From Acidobacteriota bacterium (GTDB lineage Bacteria; Acidobacteriota; JAQAZP01): 64,000 nucleotides of DNA. Of this stretch, positions 53,722-63,152 are shown piece after piece. Position 1 is the stretch's first letter, and each line of letters opens with the position of its first letter. Where the stretch lies: contig JAQAZP010000279.1 of assembly GCA_032127265.1 (NCBI GenBank), positions 1,272-65,271 on the forward strand, written 5' to 3'. Position numbers and translations under genes: made by a program. The notes below the pieces were generated by a model. It was not told the DNA's origin, searched no databases, and worked only from the letters and a program-made list of their open reading frames with translations.

Positions 53722-54708
53722 ATGATCGTGGAGAGAGAATTCGGCGATGACTCCCTGGCCCGGGTCTACGTGGCCCGGATGCGGGAGGATGATCCGTCCT
53801 CGCTGGTGGAGTTCGTCGAGTCACTCCAGCCGCCGCTGCCCCGGGAGCATAAGTGGGTGCTCATCGTCTCCTCGCTCTTCGGCTGTCCGGCGGGCTGCGG
53901 GATGTGCGATGCCGGCGGCGGATATCGCGGCCGGCTCACCGCCGACGAGATCCTGGAGCAGATCACGTTCATGGTCCGCCGCCGCTACCCCAGCTTGCGG
54001 GTGCCGGTGCCGCGGTTCAAGATCCAGTTCGCCCGTATGGGCGAACCGCTCTACAACCCGGCACTGCCCGAGGTGCTGGAGCGGCTGCCCGGCATCCTCG
54101 ACGCCCCGGGGCTTGAACCCTGCCTCTCCACCATCGCCCCCCGCAGCTGTGAACCGATGCTGGAGACCATCCGCGAAATCAAGGACCGGCTCTACCCCCG
54201 CGGGCGGTTCCAGATGCAGTTCTCGATCCACTCCACCGACGAAGCGGCCCGGGAGCGCCTGCTGCCGGTGCCCCGCTGGGACCTGGCCCGGATCGCTGAA
54301 TACGGGCGCCGTTTCCACCAGCCAGGAGACAAGAAGATCACCCTCAACTTCACCGTGATCGAGGGGATGCCCATCGATGCCGCGGTTCTCCGCCGACACT
54401 TCGACCCCCGGCGCTTCCTGGTCAAGCTGACCCCGCTCAACCCCACCGAGCGGGCGCTGACCAACGGCCTTCGCTCCGGCTTCGACCCCCGGGACCCGGA
54501 TGCCGCCGGACCGCTGGTCCGGACGCTGGGCCAGGAAGGGTTCAGGGTGATCCTCAGCATCGGCGAGTTGCGTGAAAACGCCATCGGCAGCAACTGCGGG
54601 CAGTTCGTCACCCGGCTGACCGCGGGCCGGGATCTGGTCAGCCGTCCGGCACTGTCCGGGGAAGCCTACACCGTACCGGCCGGGACCATGGGAGGGGGCG
54701 GGCAATGA
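53722..54708 (+). CDS. Radical SAM domain protein
   Basis: CxxxCxxC at SSLFGCPAGCGMCDAGG, plus an MGEPLYNP glycine-rich SAM motif. A GAGG RBS precedes the ATG, which overlaps the upstream stop. Confidence 0.6.
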   Translation: MIVEREFGDDSLARVYVARMREDDPSSLVEFVESLQPPLPREHKWVLIVSSLFGCPAGCGMCDAGGGYRGRLTADEILEQITFMVRRRYPSLRVPVPRFKIQFARMGEPLYNPALPEVLERLPGILDAPGLEPCLSTIAPRSCEPMLETIREIKDRLYPRGRFQMQFSIHSTDEAARERLLPVPRWDLARIAEYGRRFHQPGDKKITLNFTVIEGMPIDAAVLRRHFDPRRFLVKLTPLNPTERALTNGLRSGFDPRDPDAAGPLVRTLGQEGFRVILSIGELRENAIGSNCGQFVTRLTAGRDLVSRPALSGEAYTVPAGTMGGGGQ

Positions 54709-55715
54709 CCGACAAGGAGCGCACCCGCTGGCTGGAGTTTCTCGGTACCCTCAGCCTGGCCGACCTGCACCGACACATGGACGGCTCGATCCGTCCCTCC
54801 ACCCTCTGGGACCTCTCCGAACGCTACTACGAAGCCATCCCGGGCATGGACTTCCACGGCTTCCAGCGAATGCTGCACTACGATCCGAAGAAGGACAGCA
54901 CGCTGCTCGACTACCTGGACAAGTTCCACGTGCCGCTGCAGTACACCCAGTTCTACGGCAATATCCGCACCATCGCCTACGAGATCGCCGAGGACGCCTG
55001 GCACGAAGGGGTCCGGTTGCTGGAGTTGCGGGTCAACCCGCTGATCCACCGCCGGGCCGGCCTGACCACCCGCCAGATGATCAACGCCACTCTCGCCGGC
55101 CTGAAGGAGTTTGGCGAGCAGCAGCCGGAGATGAAACTGGGGCTGGTGATCATTGCCATGCGCAACCACGGCGGCAACATGGCCAAGATCCTGCTGCGGG
55201 AGATCGCCGGCGAGATGGAGCAGTATCACAGCGGCCCCGGAGTGGTGGGTTTCGACATCGCCGGGCCCGAGCGGCCCTTCCCGCCGATCCTCTTCACCGA
55301 CGCCTACGCTCTGGCAAAAAAAATGGGCCTCCGGCGCACGGTGCACGTGGGGGAGGCCGACGGGCCGGACAAGATCTGGCAGGCGGTGGAGCTGCTGGCG
55401 CCGGACCGCATCGGCCACGGGACCAGCGCCGGCAGGGACGAGGCCCTGCTCCGCCGGCTGGCCGAGGACGGGACCGTGGTGGAGTGCTGCCTCACTTCGA
55501 ACCTGCAGACCGGGGCGGTCTCCAGCCTCGACCAGCACCCTTTGCCGCTGTTCCTCGAATACGGCGTCCCCTGCACCCTCTGCACCGACAACACCACCGT
55601 GTCGGGCACCAGCATCACCAACGAGTACCTGCTGGCCATCGAGACCTTCAGCCTGGGTGAGGATGAAGTGCGGCATCTCGCCGCCACCGGCCTCTCCGGG
55701 ACATTCTGTGGATAA
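54705..55715 (+). CDS. Adenosine/adenine deaminase family amidohydrolase
   Basis: Metal-binding motifs LHRHMDGS, TVHVGE, RIGHG, CLTSN and C-terminal TLCTDNT. The last is a variant of the canonical SxNTDDP. The start overlaps the upstream stop (ATGA). Confidence 0.75.
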   Translation: MTDKERTRWLEFLGTLSLADLHRHMDGSIRPSTLWDLSERYYEAIPGMDFHGFQRMLHYDPKKDSTLLDYLDKFHVPLQYTQFYGNIRTIAYEIAEDAWHEGVRLLELRVNPLIHRRAGLTTRQMINATLAGLKEFGEQQPEMKLGLVIIAMRNHGGNMAKILLREIAGEMEQYHSGPGVVGFDIAGPERPFPPILFTDAYALAKKMGLRRTVHVGEADGPDKIWQAVELLAPDRIGHGTSAGRDEALLRRLAEDGTVVECCLTSNLQTGAVSSLDQHPLPLFLEYGVPCTLCTDNTTVSGTSITNEYLLAIETFSLGEDEVRHLAATGLSGTFCG

Positions 55716-55723
55716 TCTGGCGT

Positions 55724-56281
55724 CTACTTCCAGTGGCCCACCGTGCGGAACGGCTCGTAGCTCATGAAGTCGGCGTGGTGGACGATGCAGGCCTCGGTGG
55801 TGCGCACCACCTTGTCGCCTTCGCCGGCGTGAGCGGCGATGATGTGGCAGACCGCCTCGGGAACCCCGCACTCCATGGCCAGGGCCACGCCGGTGAAGGG
55901 GTGGCGCAGATACTTGCCGGTCATGCCCACCACCGACTTGCCGTCCTTCAGCTCGTACTCCAGCAGTTTGCCCACGTCGGCCAGGATCGCGCCGGCGATC
56001 ACGGTATCCATGTGGATCGGCAGGCTGTCGCCGAAGAAGGCGATCATCGCCTTTGCCGAGTCGCGGGAAATATGGACCACGCAGCGCTTGTGATCCATGA
56101 AGGAGGCCGGGCAGTCCTTGACCAGCAGAGTGAAGGGGATCTCTTTCAGGTCCTCGCCGGTGAGCGCGCTGCGCTCCAGGGCCAACTCCCAGGTGCGGGC
56201 GGTTTTCTCCCGCAGGTCTTCGTCCTCGATCCACTCAATCTCGGGCCACAGCTCCAGGAGTTCCTTGTTCATGGTGCTCAT
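55724..56281 (-). CDS. HD-domain protein (metal-dependent phosphohydrolase family)
   Basis: H...HD signature region (CVVHISRDSAKA...; AAHAGEGD...VHHADFMS). Convergent with the deaminase operon. Confidence 0.55.
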   Translation of the reverse strand: MSTMNKELLELWPEIEWIEDEDLREKTARTWELALERSALTGEDLKEIPFTLLVKDCPASFMDHKRCVVHISRDSAKAMIAFFGDSLPIHMDTVIAGAILADVGKLLEYELKDGKSVVGMTGKYLRHPFTGVALAMECGVPEAVCHIIAAHAGEGDKVVRTTEACIVHHADFMSYEPFRTVGHWK

Positions 56282-56444
56282 CCTTTGAATTCCTATTTCA
56301 GTCCATCCGAACAGCGAGCCGGCATTGTAATAAACCCGCTTCCGGGCCGCAATGCCAATTCGCTTGAATCCGGGCCCATTGACCAGTACAATTTTTCTTT
56401 CACCGCTCCACCGTCTTCAACGGATTCCGCCGCACGAGGTTACC

Positions 56445-57866
56445 ATGGGTCTCGAACAGGTCCAGCCGGATTCGAACGGGGGCCGGCGCCTGGGCTTGTT
56501 GATCCTGGCGGCCTGGCTCGCCCCGGCCCTCTTTCCGGTGATTTCGGCCGCCGCGGAGCTGGCAACCACCAGCCGCCTGGGGCCCCAGCGGCTTCTCGCC
56601 CTGGCCGCCGGGCTGGTCTGGATCGGTCTCTTCATGCGGGCTTCCTGGCGCGCCCTGCTGCTGGAGCTGACCGGCCTGGTCCTGCGCCACACCGGATTCG
56701 TCCCTCCGGCCCTGGCCGCGCTGGCGGCGGCGGCCGTAGGATTCGGCGGGGGGAGAGGCCCCTTTGCCGCCGGTCTGGCCGTGGGGCTGATCCTGCTGGC
56801 CAGCGCTGCCGGGATATGGTCCCGCAACGTTGACCGTCGGCGCTTCCGGGGCCAGTCCGCGCTCATCGTCCTCTACCTGGTCCTCTTCCTGCTCCTCGAC
56901 CTGTTCATCGGCGTCTTTGTCCTCCCCGGCCGCTCGCACAACAACCTCTTTGCGGTGCACGATCCGCAGCTGGGCTGGAAACTGCGGCCCGGCCTGGTGG
57001 TGCAGCGGGACAACCGGCTCTTCACCTCCCTCGAGGAAATCAACGGCGAGGGCTTCCGCGGCCCATGGCTGCCGGAAGCAAAGCCGGCGGGGACGAGGAG
57101 GATTGTCTGCCTCGGCGACTCGCACTCCGAGGCCTACACGGTGAACGACGACGAGACCTGGTCATCGCTGCTGGCCGGATTGCTCTCCCCCGGCGGGCCG
57201 GTGGAGATACTCAATCTTGGCGTGGGGGGATACTCCACCGACCAGGAACTGCTGGCCTACGTGCACCACGGCCGCCGTCGCAAACCCGACCTGGTGCTGC
57301 TGCAGTTCTGCAGCAACGACATCCCCTTCAACGTGCTTCACCGCTACTGGCGGGGGCACAAACCCTGTTTTACACGTCACGGGTCGACACTGCTGCTGAC
57401 CAATGTGCCGGTGCCCGATCTCAGCGACGCGGGTCTGGCCACCGGACCGCTGCTCCGCCACTCCTCCACCCTGCTCTTCGTCGAGTCGCTGCTGCGCCAG
57501 GTGGCACTGGGCCACGCGGTGCAGCGGGAGGTGGACATGGAGGAGGCGTGGGAGGTGACCCGCCTTTTGATCCGTGACCTAAACGCCATGGTGCGGGAGG
57601 ACGGGGCACTGTTTGCCGTGTTCAACGCCGACCAGGAAAACCGGGAGACCGATCTCCGCCTGCGCCGTGTGCTGGCCGAACTGGACATCCCCTACCTCGA
57701 GACGTCCACGGCGTATGCCGGCGACTTCGACGGCTACTGGGTGGCGGATCACTGGAACCGGGAGGGGCACCGGGCCATCGCCCGGACCCTGGCTCCGGAA
57801 GTGGCTCGGCTGCTCCCCGCCATCACCACCACCGCTCAGGTTCGATCCGGGGAGCACGGACCATGA
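56445..57866 (+). CDS. Membrane protein with C-terminal SGNH/GDSL hydrolase domain
   Basis: Five or more N-terminal hydrophobic helices. Block I IVCLGDSHSEAY, and block V DHWNREGH near the C-terminus. Confidence 0.6.
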   Translation: MGLEQVQPDSNGGRRLGLLILAAWLAPALFPVISAAAELATTSRLGPQRLLALAAGLVWIGLFMRASWRALLLELTGLVLRHTGFVPPALAALAAAAVGFGGGRGPFAAGLAVGLILLASAAGIWSRNVDRRRFRGQSALIVLYLVLFLLLDLFIGVFVLPGRSHNNLFAVHDPQLGWKLRPGLVVQRDNRLFTSLEEINGEGFRGPWLPEAKPAGTRRIVCLGDSHSEAYTVNDDETWSSLLAGLLSPGGPVEILNLGVGGYSTDQELLAYVHHGRRRKPDLVLLQFCSNDIPFNVLHRYWRGHKPCFTRHGSTLLLTNVPVPDLSDAGLATGPLLRHSSTLLFVESLLRQVALGHAVQREVDMEEAWEVTRLLIRDLNAMVREDGALFAVFNADQENRETDLRLRRVLAELDIPYLETSTAYAGDFDGYWVADHWNREGHRAIARTLAPEVARLLPAITTTAQVRSGEHGP

Positions 57867-58879
57867 CCCGCCCGAAGACAGAGCGCGGACTGCTCCTGCG
57901 GAAAGCCGTAAAAATCATGGCCGCCACCTTCCTCGCCGGGTTCGTGGCTGCGGTGGCCTTCTGGATCATCTGGGAACCGCGCCCCGAGACCGAAACACGG
58001 TTCGACCGGGGGCTCAACGGCCTCTGGGCCGGCCACAAGTGGTTCACCGGGGTCTCGGTCCGCGGGGACGAGCCGGTAACCGAGGCCGACATGGACGCGT
58101 TCGCCGAAACCGTGGCCCGCCACGGCATCCGCTATGTCTACATCCATGTGGGTCCGGTGCAGCCGGACGGCACCATCGAGGACTCCCCCTCGCCCCTACT
58201 GGGCCGACTGATGGCGCGAAGCCCGGAAGTGATCCACCTGGCCTGGCTGGGCGCCCTCACCGGCAAACTGAACCTCGAGGACCCCCAGTGGCTGGAGCAT
58301 TTCCTCGAGACGGCGGAGCGGATGATGGCCGCCGGCTTTGACGGCATCCACCTCGATTTCGAGCCGCTGCTGGACCACCACCCGGGTTACCTGGACCTGT
58401 TATCCGCCTTGAAAAAGCGCCTCGGCCCGGATGCGATCCTCAGCCACGCCACCCGGCGCAGCGGCCCCTTCGGCATTTCCCTCGGTTACATGGACCGCTA
58501 CTTCTGGTCCGGCGATTTCTACCGCAAAACCATGGCCCGCACCGATCAGACGGTGCTGATGGGCTATGACACCAGCCTCGGCACCACCGAGCACTACCTG
58601 GCCTTTATCGGCCACCAGACCCGTTTGCTGACCCGCTGGGGCTCGGCCTTCCCCGGCCACCAGGTGCTGATCGGCATCCCCTCCTACGAGGAGGGGAGCA
58701 CAGCCTCGGACCCCCTGGTGGAAAACCTGGCCCACGGAGCGCTGGGTGTGCGCCGGGGACTGGAAAAGGAAGGCACCGATGGCGGCGCCTTCACCGGTGT
58801 GGCGGTCTACGCCAACTGGGTCACCGACCAGCGGGAGTGGGAGGATTTCCGTCACTTCTGGATGGAGGGTGCTGAATGA
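57863..58879 (+). CDS. Membrane-anchored protein with GH18-like TIM-barrel motif (FDGIHLDFE)
   Basis: N-terminal TM helix. A DxxDxDxE-like motif with the middle Asp replaced by His. The start overlaps the upstream stop (ATGA). Confidence 0.4.
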   Translation: MTRPKTERGLLLRKAVKIMAATFLAGFVAAVAFWIIWEPRPETETRFDRGLNGLWAGHKWFTGVSVRGDEPVTEADMDAFAETVARHGIRYVYIHVGPVQPDGTIEDSPSPLLGRLMARSPEVIHLAWLGALTGKLNLEDPQWLEHFLETAERMMAAGFDGIHLDFEPLLDHHPGYLDLLSALKKRLGPDAILSHATRRSGPFGISLGYMDRYFWSGDFYRKTMARTDQTVLMGYDTSLGTTEHYLAFIGHQTRLLTRWGSAFPGHQVLIGIPSYEEGSTASDPLVENLAHGALGVRRGLEKEGTDGGAFTGVAVYANWVTDQREWEDFRHFWMEGAE

Positions 58880-59451
58880 CGGCGAAGAACACCATCAGGC
58901 GGTGCAGCTGGGCGGCCAACGAACGGACGATCACCTACCATGACGAGGAGTGGGGCCTGCCGAATCACGACGACCGGCACCTCTTCGAGATGCTGATCCT
59001 CGAGGGGGCCCAGGCTGGCCTCAGCTGGGACACGATCCTCAAAAAGCGTGCCGAGTATCGCAAGGTCTATCACAACTTCGATCCGCAGAAGGTGGCCCGC
59101 TTCAGCGAAAAGAAGATTGCCGCCCTGCTGGCCAACCCCGGCATCATCCGCAACCGGCTGAAGGTGCGGGCCTCGGTGGCCAACGCCAAAGCCTATCTCA
59201 AAGTGCAAAAGGAGTTCGGCTCCTTCGACGCCTACCTCTGGGCCTTTGTGGGCGGCAAGCCGGTCCGCAATCGCTGGAAGACCCTGGCGGAAATCCCCGT
59301 AATAACCCCGGAAGCCGAAGCCCTGAGCAAGGACCTCGAGAAGCGGGGCTTCACCTTCGTGGGCCCCACCATCATCTATGCCTTGATGCAGGCCGTGGGG
59401 ATGGTCAACGACCACACGGTGGACTGTTTTCGCCACCGCCAGGTGGGGTGA
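58876..59451 (+). CDS. tag: DNA-3-methyladenine glycosylase I
   Basis: RCSWA...YHDEEWG...LFEMLILEGAQAGLSW...ILKKR signature of Tag. Zinc-binding Cys/His are present. The start overlaps the upstream stop (ATGA). Confidence 0.8.
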   Translation: MTAKNTIRRCSWAANERTITYHDEEWGLPNHDDRHLFEMLILEGAQAGLSWDTILKKRAEYRKVYHNFDPQKVARFSEKKIAALLANPGIIRNRLKVRASVANAKAYLKVQKEFGSFDAYLWAFVGGKPVRNRWKTLAEIPVITPEAEALSKDLEKRGFTFVGPTIIYALMQAVGMVNDHTVDCFRHRQVG

Positions 59452-59573
59452 ACGCGACAGCTGTGCGATAATGACGCCGGCCGCCCGGTCCGACCGGCGG
59501 CCGGACCAAGGTAAACCGCCCCCCAGGGCACGTGAACAACCCATATATTCCTTCATCTCGACAGGTCACAATC

Positions 59574-60899
59574 ATGAGCACCAACCATCCACTGCTGAAC
59601 ATGCACCCCCAGGAATTCGTCCACTTCCTGCGCCGGGAGTTCATCCGCCGTTTCCACTTCGTCTATGACGCGGCCGCGAAGAAGATGACGGCCTCGCACC
59701 CGCATCTGCAGCCCATCGCCGACTTCATCCTCGCCGATCAAAGGGATTTCATGGGGCACGAGGGCGCGTTTTTCCAGGTCAGCCGCGATCACGACACCCT
59801 ACAGGGAGCCTTTGTCCACCGCACCCGGCGCGGCCAGGCCGCCGGCGGTGTCCGCTACTGGCAATACGAGACCATGGAGGACTACCTGCGGGACGGCCTG
59901 CGGCTGGCCAAAGGCATGACCCGCAAGAACGCTTTGGCCGGTCTCTGGTGGGGCGGCGGCAAGGGGGTGATGGCCCACAATCCCGGGGTGGACAAATACG
60001 ACCCGGAGATCCGCGAGGTGATCTACCGTGAGTTCGGCGAGCTGATGACCGCCATCCGCGGCTGCTACGTCACCGCCGAGGACGTGGGGACCCACGTGGT
60101 GGACATGGCCAATGTCTTTGCCACCACCCGCTTCACTACCTGCATTCCCCAGGGACTGGGCGGCAGCGGCAATCCCTCGGTGCCCACGGCCCGCGGGGTT
60201 GTGGCCGGCATGGAAGCGGCCCTGGAGTATCACGGCGAGGGAACCCTGGAGGGGAAGAAGGTGGCGGTGCAGGGGATGGGCAACGTGGCCGCCCCGCTGA
60301 TCCGCTTTCTGCTGGAGAAGAAAGTGGCGCAGGTGGCGGCCTGCGACATCAACCCCGCCCTGACCGATGCCATCCGCCAGTCGTTCCCCGACGAGCTTGT
60401 GGAACCGCGGATCGTGGAACCGGGCGACATTTCGATCTTCGGCGAGGAGTGCGACATCCTCTCCCCCTGCGCCTGCGGAGCGGTGCTCAACCCGGAGACC
60501 ATCCCGATGATCCGGGCGAAAATCGTCTGCGGCGCGGCCAACAACCAGCTGGAAGACGCGGCCCGGGACGACCGGCTGCTCCACGACCGGGGCATCCTCT
60601 ATGTCCCCGACTTCCTGACCAACCGCATGGGCATCGTCAACTGCGCCAACGAGCAGGACGGTGAGGTGACCCACGACCCGATGATCGAACGCCACCTGGA
60701 GCGGGAGTGGGAGCACTCGATCCACCAGGCCGCCACCCGGGTGTTCCGGCGCTCGAAAGAGAGCGGTGAGCCGCCGGCCCTGGTGGCCATGGCCCTGGCC
60801 GATGAGCTCTCCATGGAGGAGCACCCGATCACCGGGCACCGCGGCCGGCAGATCATCGACTCGCTGGCCGCCAACAGCTGGTTCGAGGAGGACAACTGA
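59574..60899 (+). CDS. Glu/Leu/Phe/Val dehydrogenase family NAD(P)-dependent amino-acid dehydrogenase
   Basis: Catalytic glycine-rich motif LWWGGGKGV with the active-site Lys. NAD-binding GMGNVA. Confidence 0.75.
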   Translation: MSTNHPLLNMHPQEFVHFLRREFIRRFHFVYDAAAKKMTASHPHLQPIADFILADQRDFMGHEGAFFQVSRDHDTLQGAFVHRTRRGQAAGGVRYWQYETMEDYLRDGLRLAKGMTRKNALAGLWWGGGKGVMAHNPGVDKYDPEIREVIYREFGELMTAIRGCYVTAEDVGTHVVDMANVFATTRFTTCIPQGLGGSGNPSVPTARGVVAGMEAALEYHGEGTLEGKKVAVQGMGNVAAPLIRFLLEKKVAQVAACDINPALTDAIRQSFPDELVEPRIVEPGDISIFGEECDILSPCACGAVLNPETIPMIRAKIVCGAANNQLEDAARDDRLLHDRGILYVPDFLTNRMGIVNCANEQDGEVTHDPMIERHLEREWEHSIHQAATRVFRRSKESGEPPALVAMALADELSMEEHPITGHRGRQIIDSLAANSWFEEDN

Positions 60900-60903
60900 A
60901 GCT

Positions 60904-63099
60904 TTGACCCCCGACGCACCAGCCGCACCAACCAAACCTGCCGAGCAACTGGAAGCCGTGCTGGACCACTTCGTTTACCGCAACGAGGACGACGGCTGGA
61001 GTGTGGTGCGGCTCTCGGTCCCCGGCCGGAAGGACACGGTGACCGCGGTGGGAAACTTCCTCGGCGTCCAGCCCGGAGAGAGCCTCAAGCTCACCGGCAC
61101 CTGGGTCCGCGACCCCAAGTACGGCCGGCAGTTCAAGGCCGCGTCGTTCCAGTCGGTGCTCCCCGGCACCCTGGAAGGGATAGAGAAGTATCTCGGCTCG
61201 GGGCTGATCAAGGGCATCGGCAAGGTGATGGCCGAACGGCTGGTCAAGGCCTTTGGCCAGCGGACCCTGGAGGTGATCGAGCGCAAGAGCAAGCGGCTCA
61301 CCGAAGTGGAGGGCATCGGCAAGGTGCGGGCCCGGCTGATCCGCGAGTCATGGGCCGAGCAGCGGGAGATCAAGGACGTGATGATCTTCCTGCAGTCCTA
61401 CTCCGTCTCCACCGCCTTCGCCATCCGGATCTACAAGAAATACGGCAATGACGCGGTGCGCCTGGTGCGCGACAATCCCTACCGGCTGGCCACCGACTTC
61501 CACGGCATCGGTTTCAAGACCGCCGACCGGATTGCCACCAGCCTCGGGGTGGAGCCGGCGTCACCCCAGCGGGCCGAAGCCGGAACCCTGTTCACCCTGG
61601 GCCAGGCGTCGGAGGAAGGGCACGTCTTCGTGCCGGTGAAAGAGCTGGTCTCGCGCACGGCGGAGATGCTCGGCGTCCCGGAAGAGGTGGCGGCCGGCGC
61701 CGTGGAGGCCGCAGCCTGCGGGCGGGACTCGCGGCTGGTGGTGGAGAAAGGCGTGCTGCCCGACGACGACGCGGTCTTCCTCCGCCCGCTCCACGCCCGG
61801 GAGGACGGGGCGGCGAAACTGCTGCGCAACCTGCTGGAAACACCGGTAACCCCGGTGGCCATCGACGTGCCGAAAGCGCTGGCCTGGTTCGAGGAGCGGC
61901 AGAAGATCGAGCTGGCCCAAAAACAGCGGGAGGCGATCAGCCGTGCCCTCACCGGCAAGGTGCTGGTGATCACCGGCGGCCCGGGCACCGGCAAGACCAC
62001 CCTGGTCAAGGCGGTGATCAGCATCCTGGAAAAGAAGGGGCGGCGGATCCTGCTCTGCGCCCCTACCGGCAGGGCGGCCCAGCGGATGCAGGAGGCCACC
62101 GGCCGCGAAGCCAGGACCGTCCACCGCATGCTGAAGTTCAACCCGCGGAACTTCGGCTTTGACCACAACAAGGACAACCCTTTGTCCGTCGACGTGCTGA
62201 TCGTGGACGAGGTGTCGATGGTGGACATCTCGCTCTTCCACTCGATCCTCGCCGCCCTGCCCCCCTGGTGCCAGCTGATCCTGGTGGGCGACATGGACCA
62301 GCTGCCCTCGGTGGGTCCGGGCAGTGTGCTGCGCGACCTGATCCACTGCGGCGTCGTGGAGGTGGCCCGTTTGACGGAGATTTTCCGCCAAGCCCGGGAG
62401 AGTTCCATCGTGGTCAACGCTCACCTGATCAACAAGGGCCAGGTGCCGAACCTCGAACTGGCCGGTGAAGACCTCGACTTCTTCTTCATCGAGCGCGACG
62501 AACCGGAAGAAGCCCTGGCCACCATCCTCGAGCTGGTGGGCCGCCGCATCCCTCAGCGCTTCCAATTCGACCCGGTGGACGACATCCAGGTCCTCTCACC
62601 GATGCACCGCGGCACCATCGGCACGGCGAACCTCAACGTCGAGCTGCAGCAGCTGCTCAACCCCGAAGGGGCGGTGGTGGGCCCCGGGGCCAAAGGCTTC
62701 CGCATCGGTGACAAGGTGATGCAGGTACGCAACAACTACGACCTGAACGTCTACAACGGGGACATCGGCCGGATCGTGATGGTGGACGAAAAGGCCCGGG
62801 AGGTCACCGTGCGCTTCGACAGCCGGCTGGTGCGCTACGACGCCCTCGACCTGGACGAACTGGTGCTGGCCTACGCCTGCTCGGTGCACAAGTCCCAGGG
62901 CAGCGAATACCCGGCGGTGGTGATCCCGATCCACACCCAGCACTACCTGATGCTGCAGCGCAACCTGCTCTACACCGGGATCACCAGGGGCAAGAAGCTG
63001 GTGGTGCTGGTGGGCAGCCGCCGGGCGGTGAACATCGCCGTGAAAAACGACAAGATCCGCCAGCGCTACACCCGCCTCGCCGAACGGCTGCGGGGGTAA
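60904..63099 (+). CDS. RecD2-like SF1B ATP-dependent DNA helicase
   Basis: N-terminal OB-like region, HhH (LIKGIGKVMAERLV), Walker A GGPGTGKTT and CAPTGRAAQRM, DEVSMVD, and C-terminal CSVHKSQGSEYPAVVI...TGITRGKKLVVLVG. The start is ambiguous between TTG 60904 and GTG 60958. Confidence 0.8.
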   Translation: MTPDAPAAPTKPAEQLEAVLDHFVYRNEDDGWSVVRLSVPGRKDTVTAVGNFLGVQPGESLKLTGTWVRDPKYGRQFKAASFQSVLPGTLEGIEKYLGSGLIKGIGKVMAERLVKAFGQRTLEVIERKSKRLTEVEGIGKVRARLIRESWAEQREIKDVMIFLQSYSVSTAFAIRIYKKYGNDAVRLVRDNPYRLATDFHGIGFKTADRIATSLGVEPASPQRAEAGTLFTLGQASEEGHVFVPVKELVSRTAEMLGVPEEVAAGAVEAAACGRDSRLVVEKGVLPDDDAVFLRPLHAREDGAAKLLRNLLETPVTPVAIDVPKALAWFEERQKIELAQKQREAISRALTGKVLVITGGPGTGKTTLVKAVISILEKKGRRILLCAPTGRAAQRMQEATGREARTVHRMLKFNPRNFGFDHNKDNPLSVDVLIVDEVSMVDISLFHSILAALPPWCQLILVGDMDQLPSVGPGSVLRDLIHCGVVEVARLTEIFRQARESSIVVNAHLINKGQVPNLELAGEDLDFFFIERDEPEEALATILELVGRRIPQRFQFDPVDDIQVLSPMHRGTIGTANLNVELQQLLNPEGAVVGPGAKGFRIGDKVMQVRNNYDLNVYNGDIGRIVMVDEKAREVTVRFDSRLVRYDALDLDELVLAYACSVHKSQGSEYPAVVIPIHTQHYLMLQRNLLYTGITRGKKLVVLVGSRRAVNIAVKNDKIRQRYTRLAERLRG

Positions 63100-63152
63100 G
63101 AAACCCAACTATCCGGATTTGCCGGCGCCAGCGAACCGGATGGTTCTCGATA

